Source: a virus
IMG/VR virus record: IMGVR_UViG_3300025122_000012
Coordinates: 1 to 64,000 of that record
Strand: one strand, 5' to 3'
Length of the DNA: 64,000 nt
A program made the position numbers and the translations under genes. Positions 59,807 to 64,000 of the stretch are shown here, in pieces. The notes beneath the pieces were generated by a model. It made no database searches. It had not been told where the DNA came from and saw only the letters and a list, made by a program, of their open reading frames with translations. Numbering within the stretch: position 1 is the first letter of the stretch; each line of letters opens with the position of its first letter.

Positions 59807-60247
59807 TTACCCTATGCCAGAGGAGCCGGACCAGTTCGAACCACTGGGAGAATTAGCTTTTACCATATTAATGGTGTCGGGGGCGATCCCCGTAAGGCCA
59901 GCAATCACCGAACAGTTATCAGATCCGCTTAAGAATACCTGTGTTACCTTAATGTCAAATCGCACTGGACCCGAGCCACTAGTTGGCGCGATCTCTAAAA
60001 ATCGATTGCCCTGATCAGCGCACGTTGGCACGCCGGCCACTCCGCCGCTAGAAAAGCCAACTCGAAGGGTGGCGTTGGTACTATCAAGATTTGACACCAT
60101 CACCCAGGAGGTAACATTAGGAAAATCAACCTGTGCTATCGCTAATGCGTCAGCCCGACAGCCGATGCTCCCTGTGGCCCACGGTTTACCGCTGACTTGA
60201 TAAGAGCCTACATTTTGAAGACCAACGTTATATTTAAAAGCTGCCAT
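59807..60247 (-). CDS. Putative small structural protein
   Basis: Late motif 60267-60273; GGAG RBS. Confidence 0.55.
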   Translation of the reverse strand: MAAFKYNVGLQNVGSYQVSGKPWATGSIGCRADALAIAQVDFPNVTSWVMVSNLDSTNATLRVGFSSGGVAGVPTCADQGNRFLEIAPTSGSGPVRFDIKVTQVFLSGSDNCSVIAGLTGIAPDTINMVKANSPSGSNWSGSSGIG

Positions 60248-60288
60248 TATAATTCTCTCCGTTCATTAATTAGTTGTGACTCAGTGCT

Positions 60289-60510
60289 TTAACGCAACAT
60301 TTTTTCTTGTTGGCGCCTTTCCAACTTCTCTCGGGCCCTAATAGCCTTTTTCCGTTTCATCTTTCGGCGCACCGAAGGCTTGATATAATGATTTGTTCTC
60401 TGGCGGTATATTTCTAAAATTTTCTCATTCTTAACTTTTTTAATAAACCTACGAATTAATTTTCCAGACGATTCGTTTCGCCGCAAGTCGACCCGTACAT
60501 TGGTGGCCAT
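60289..60510 (-). CDS. rpsU: Ribosomal protein bS21 homologue
   Basis: V....NES..KLIRRF.KKV....IL...R...HYIKPSVRRK. Confidence 0.85.
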   Translation of the reverse strand: MATNVRVDLRRNESSGKLIRRFIKKVKNEKILEIYRQRTNHYIKPSVRRKMKRKKAIRAREKLERRQQEKMLR

Positions 60511-60522
60511 CAGAAGTATACC

Positions 60523-60966
60523 TTATTTCTTTCTCGCGCTCACATCTTGCATGTGGGCTCCCCAACTATTCCCAACAGAGCCAAATAAATTACTAATATC
60601 TACGCCGGCGTCGCCGGCCTCTACACCGGCAAGAGGGGCCGCGGCTGCAGCGCCCTGGAGCTGCTGCGGTCCTGGCGTTGTTCCTTCAAACAAATCTATG
60701 CCATTATAGGCCTGCGAGCCTATCGCTTCCATGAGCTTCTTTTTTTGTGCTTTCATTTTAGATCCCTGTTCCGCACTAAATGTGTTGCGCTGCATACGTG
60801 CTAGCGTTGGATCTACAGGGGGAGAAGCCGCTTCGATTTGCGGGGCGGCAATTCCTCTACTTACTTCGCCAATGATCCCCGAAAGAACACCATCTTCAAA
60901 CATCACCTCCTTGATGCATTCTTTAATCAGCGGCTTCAGAATTTGCTTTAACTGTGATTTTTTCAT
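60523..60966 (-). CDS. Hypothetical head-region protein
   Basis: MKKSQLKQILKPLIKECIKE N-terminus. Confidence 0.6.
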   Translation of the reverse strand: MKKSQLKQILKPLIKECIKEVMFEDGVLSGIIGEVSRGIAAPQIEAASPPVDPTLARMQRNTFSAEQGSKMKAQKKKLMEAIGSQAYNGIDLFEGTTPGPQQLQGAAAAAPLAGVEAGDAGVDISNLFGSVGNSWGAHMQDVSARKK

Positions 60967-61538
60967 TTAACGCCCGATAATACCTTCCATCGATTGAGTC
61001 GACTTTCTTCTAGAAGAGCTTCTTCGTAATCGCTCACATCGCCAAGGTTCCCAAAGTCTTCCGGCGTCATATCAAACAGGCGTGCGCCTAGGCCTCCTAG
61101 GCCCTTGGTTTTCTTACCCTGTACATCTCCCGTAACGGGTGCGCCGGGGATATCCTGCGACAACCAGCCGCGGCTTACATACTTCTTTCGGCGGCCGTCA
61201 TCAGTAGCTTTTCGGCCAGCACGGCGGCCGTCAGCAGCTTCTCGATCGCCGCCTGTGAATTTCTTCCACCAGCCTTTCATCCTGCTTCCAACACCATCGT
61301 CAGAAGGGGAGTCGCCGCGGGTGCGGGGGTGTTCCTCCTCGGCTGGAGATGGCAACTCAATATCGTCGTCGGACGGGGGGATGTGGGCACGACTAGATCT
61401 CGGGTCTGGTTCTCCGGGGACGGTGTCAGACTCTACGCTTGATCTTCGACGACGCGGGCGGGAAACCTCAATTTGCAATTCTTCAGCTACCAGTTGGCGA
61501 AGGGCCTCATATTGCGGTGTAGAAGAAGGTTTAGGCAT
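60963..61538 (-). CDS. Disordered protein, candidate internal head protein
   Basis: Ends EESRLNRWKVLSGVK. Confidence 0.55.
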   Translation of the reverse strand: MPKPSSTPQYEALRQLVAEELQIEVSRPRRRRSSVESDTVPGEPDPRSSRAHIPPSDDDIELPSPAEEEHPRTRGDSPSDDGVGSRMKGWWKKFTGGDREAADGRRAGRKATDDGRRKKYVSRGWLSQDIPGAPVTGDVQGKKTKGLGGLGARLFDMTPEDFGNLGDVSDYEEALLEESRLNRWKVLSGVK

Positions 61539-61542
61539 ACCA

Positions 61543-62142
61543 CTATTTTCCTATAATATCATCCAAGAGGCCAATGATCTTGTTCTTGCGTTGAATGCTT
61601 TCGTTCATCAATCTACTTTCTGAGATTCCCATAAAGGCATTAGGGGTCGATGGTTCCGAAACAATATCAAAGCAGATCAATTGAAAGTCATCCTCTACAA
61701 TCGTCTTACCCTGCTGCTCGGTCACAGACCCCATTCCGCGAGAGGAGATGCCGATCTTTACACCGGACTCAACAAGGGACCGGAGAATTTGGCCTGAGGG
61801 TGTATTAAGAACCTTCGCTTTGCCCATAACATTCGCCCCGTCCATCCAAACTTCTGTCATCATGTGAGACACATTAGCAAGGTTAATAATAGAAGACTCA
61901 GGATGATCGAGTTCTCCCAGAGCGCGGTTATCTTCTACGAGGCCCGCATATTTCTTCACTTCACGAGTAAGGATTGGGCCCGGGTAGACGCGTCCGTTAC
62001 CATTTTGAACGTCACATTCTTGAAGTTTACCCGTGAGCATCAGGCCCCCCTCACGGACAAAACTCTTCTCCGCTTCTGTCAGAAGATCCTGACAGATGCC
62101 GCCTTCACATAATTCATAGTACTCGCGGAGAAGCTGGGGCAT
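61543..62142 (-). CDS. Prohead maturation protease (gp21-like)
   Basis: NGNGRVYP, ALGELDHP, NVSH, GISSRGMGS, DIVSEPS. Confidence 0.95.
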   Translation of the reverse strand: MPQLLREYYELCEGGICQDLLTEAEKSFVREGGLMLTGKLQECDVQNGNGRVYPGPILTREVKKYAGLVEDNRALGELDHPESSIINLANVSHMMTEVWMDGANVMGKAKVLNTPSGQILRSLVESGVKIGISSRGMGSVTEQQGKTIVEDDFQLICFDIVSEPSTPNAFMGISESRLMNESIQRKNKIIGLLDDIIGK

Positions 62143-62148
62143 TCAGTT

Positions 62149-62796
62149 CTACCTACTCTTCAGGATGTCCGCTATGGTTTCCTGGACAAGTCTCTTGGTT
62201 TCGGAGCGCGAGAGGTCGCTTCGGGCCTCTTGCACAGCGCTTTTCTGGAAGGTGTTTCTTAATTTATCGTTAAGAGCACTGTATATCTTCTGATTTACCT
62301 GCGCGAGTCCATTCTCTTGTAGCCAGGGACCGCCGTCGCCCTGCTCTAAACAGGCTAAGTATCCTACTGCATTCCTCATCAATTCACATACTTCTTCACC
62401 CTCTGGGCACGGAGGGAGGGTCCGGAGTACCTCGCCACATATAGCTGCAGCGGCTTCGCCGCCGCGGGTAGAGCCTCCGCCTCGGCCGAGCTGTAGGGCT
62501 GCAGCCTCGTCCAACTTGTCCACATACTGGGTTATCATTCCTTCCAGATTGCCTCCTGCCACATTTCGAGGAGCTTCATCATCTGGGCGCAGCGCTGCGC
62601 CGGCTCGGGCTTCGGGATCTCTAGATGCAGAAAGAAGGCCCGATTCTAATATGCCCCTTAGCGCTTTCGTGGCGCTCAGCACTATTTGATCAAGCTGCTT
62701 AGCTATATTTGCCGACATCCCCTGCTCAAACAATACTGTCTCATGCAAGAAGTATCTTGGGTCTATTCGTTTTACATTTTTTCTATATCGTGCCAT
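62149..62796 (-). CDS. Hypothetical protein, candidate internal head protein
   Basis: MARYRKNVKRIDPRYFLHET N-terminus. Confidence 0.6.
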   Translation of the reverse strand: MARYRKNVKRIDPRYFLHETVLFEQGMSANIAKQLDQIVLSATKALRGILESGLLSASRDPEARAGAALRPDDEAPRNVAGGNLEGMITQYVDKLDEAAALQLGRGGGSTRGGEAAAAICGEVLRTLPPCPEGEEVCELMRNAVGYLACLEQGDGGPWLQENGLAQVNQKIYSALNDKLRNTFQKSAVQEARSDLSRSETKRLVQETIADILKSR

Positions 62797-62976
62797 TATC
62801 TTATTTCCTCAGAGTGTGGGGCCCCGGGGCGAGCCTCCTCACAAGTTTGTCCGGGATGCTCTCCCGATTGGTCCTCTTGGCCCCCGCCCATCAGCTGATC
62901 GATCTACTGTCTCGTGCAAGAAGTATCTTGGATCGATTCTTTTTACATTTTTTCTATATCGTGCCATTATCTTATT
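62734..62976. repeat. ~72-bp direct repeat (62734-62805 and 62905-62976)
   Basis: Both copies cover the start region and first 21 codons. Confidence 0.9.
62839..62967 (-). CDS. Short (42 aa) paralogue with identical N-terminal peptide; possibly frameshifted
   Basis: MARYRKNVKRIDPRYFLHETVDRSADGRG... Confidence 0.55.
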   Translation of the reverse strand: MARYRKNVKRIDPRYFLHETVDRSADGRGPRGPIGRASRTNL

Positions 62977-63013
62977 CCTAAAAAGCTTAACGTGGACACG
63001 AGCCCACCGATAG

Positions 63014-63064
63014 TCAGCTTCCTTTGCAGCAACGTCGCACTGGTTGAAGTATCCATTTTTGCAT
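63014..63064 (-). CDS. 16-aa peptide MQKWILQPVRRCCKGS
   Basis: Perfect AGGAGGT RBS before the ATG. Confidence 0.5.
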   Translation of the reverse strand: MQKWILQPVRRCCKGS

Positions 63065-63075
63065 TTTATTACCTC

Positions 63076-63378
63076 CTAACGATCGTTTTTAATTCCGTTA
63101 TCATCTACCAGCATACTTAAAAAGTACGATGTTCCGGCACTGATGCATCCGCATATAAATGCAGTTACGGGACTATTACTGAATGTAAATAGTTCGGTCC
63201 AGGGGTTAATCCCCCAAAGAAAAAGCCCACTCCAAAATCCCACACAAAGAGGACAATGCAAAAGTGTTCCCCAAAAATGACTTTTTGTAGAAAGAAACCT
63301 TACGCGTTCAAAAATTGATCCGTAAACTATGATGAAAGTTAAGCCGTAAGCAGCAAGAATAAAATGTAATAATTGCAC
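63076..63378 (-). CDS. DUF1360-like membrane protein
   Basis: Hydrophobic helices with LLHCPLCVGFW. Confidence 0.65.
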   Translation of the reverse strand: MQLLHFILAAYGLTFIIVYGSIFERVRFLSTKSHFWGTLLHCPLCVGFWSGLFLWGINPWTELFTFSNSPVTAFICGCISAGTSYFLSMLVDDNGIKNDR

Positions 63379-63379
63379 A

Positions 63380-63886
63380 TTAATAACGATATCTGAGCGG
63401 GTAGTAGTAGTACCCGGGACGCATCGCTCCCTTCTCAGCATATTGTGGTACTTCACCGAACTCTGTGGAATCCTGGTCGTCCGGATGGGTATACATATCT
63501 TCTAGCTCTTTCTCGTATTCGTCAGCTACGCGATCAATGTTTGCCTCATGGTCAATAAATTCTGCAATCACATAGACTGCCGCCTGTAGTGAGTTGATTT
63601 GTTCGTTGCTAAATACAACGGCTTCGAGGGAACGAAAAACGTGGCCCCCTTGAATTGTCGATCTGTCGATAACACCTTTGTCGGCCAGCAGTTCTAGCAG
63701 ACGATTTTGATAATCGTAAACATCTTCTGTAGCCGTTGTTTTTGGAAAGGTCACCACTTTCATCTTTTCGGGGATGACGGCAATATCAATTTTTTTGTGA
63801 TCCATGATGAGCAGTGAGCCATCAAGCGCCTTGCGGGCATTTAGCTCTACTGTTGCTTGTGGTCCGCCGATCTTGATCCTAATCAT
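63380..63886 (-). CDS. Hypothetical head-region protein
   Basis: Probable start MIRIKIGG overlapping the upstream stop. Confidence 0.6.
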   Translation of the reverse strand: MIRIKIGGPQATVELNARKALDGSLLIMDHKKIDIAVIPEKMKVVTFPKTTATEDVYDYQNRLLELLADKGVIDRSTIQGGHVFRSLEAVVFSNEQINSLQAAVYVIAEFIDHEANIDRVADEYEKELEDMYTHPDDQDSTEFGEVPQYAEKGAMRPGYYYYPLRYRY

Positions 63887-64000
63887 TTTCGGCGAGTTCC
63901 CGCACAAGCTCTTGAGTCTTAAGGAGCTTCGTTAAGTCCGCGCCCTCAAACTCCCTGCGCCGCAGGCTATCAAGATATCCTACAACATCAGTCGATTTCT
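63879..64000 (-). CDS. 3' end of a hypothetical gene (partial)
   Basis: ...KLLKTQELVRELAEND* open to the window edge. Confidence 0.55.
   Translation of the reverse strand, partial: KSTDVVGYLDSLRRREFEGADLTKLLKTQELVRELAEND

Noticed and set aside
62988-63016. Selenocysteine read-through of the micropeptide TGA
   Set aside because: The hairpin loop is closer to the UGA than typical bacterial SECIS elements, and read-through adds only 8 residues.
94-63120. Numerous plus-strand ORFs in the track (e.g. 9655-10383, 28433-29119, 38819-39436)
   Set aside because: They are antisense shadows of well-supported minus-strand genes, with no recognisable motifs.
1-64000. tRNA/rRNA genes, CRISPR arrays, integrase, stop-codon recoding
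   Set aside because: None recognised by eye; intergenic gaps are short, and conserved genes are intact and use all three stop codons. tRNAscan-SE and Infernal were not run.

Overview
This is a 64-kb internal segment of a large dsDNA tailed phage (myovirus, distantly T4-related). Essentially every gene is on the minus strand and reads in the standard bacterial code. The right half (about 31.8-64 kb) is the virion module: gp21-like prohead protease, bS21, a gp14-like neck protein fused to a repeat fibre, fibre paralogues, gp22-like scaffold, gp23 capsid, gp13, gp15, gp18 sheath, gp19 tube, tail chaperone, tape measure and baseplate. The left half holds replication and metabolism genes (minimal PolA, MazG-like, tubulin/FtsZ-like, gp32-like SSB, RecA, deaminase, 5'-3' exonuclease, DnaB, class II RNR, DnaE, R-M pair, dUTPase, GuaB-family), a proteostasis set (GroEL, GroES, Hsp20, ClpP) and two lipoproteins. 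The most notable patterns are: (1) a CTA(T/A)TTA upstream motif marking structural genes and a scattered set of orphan genes that share short terminal peptides (candidate capsid-loading system); (2) a duplicated, covarying RNA pseudoknot behind the SSB gene; (3) a probable T7 frameshift in the tail chaperone; (4) several sigma70 promoters positioned for leaderless mRNAs. All calls come from motif recognition by eye; no database searches were run.
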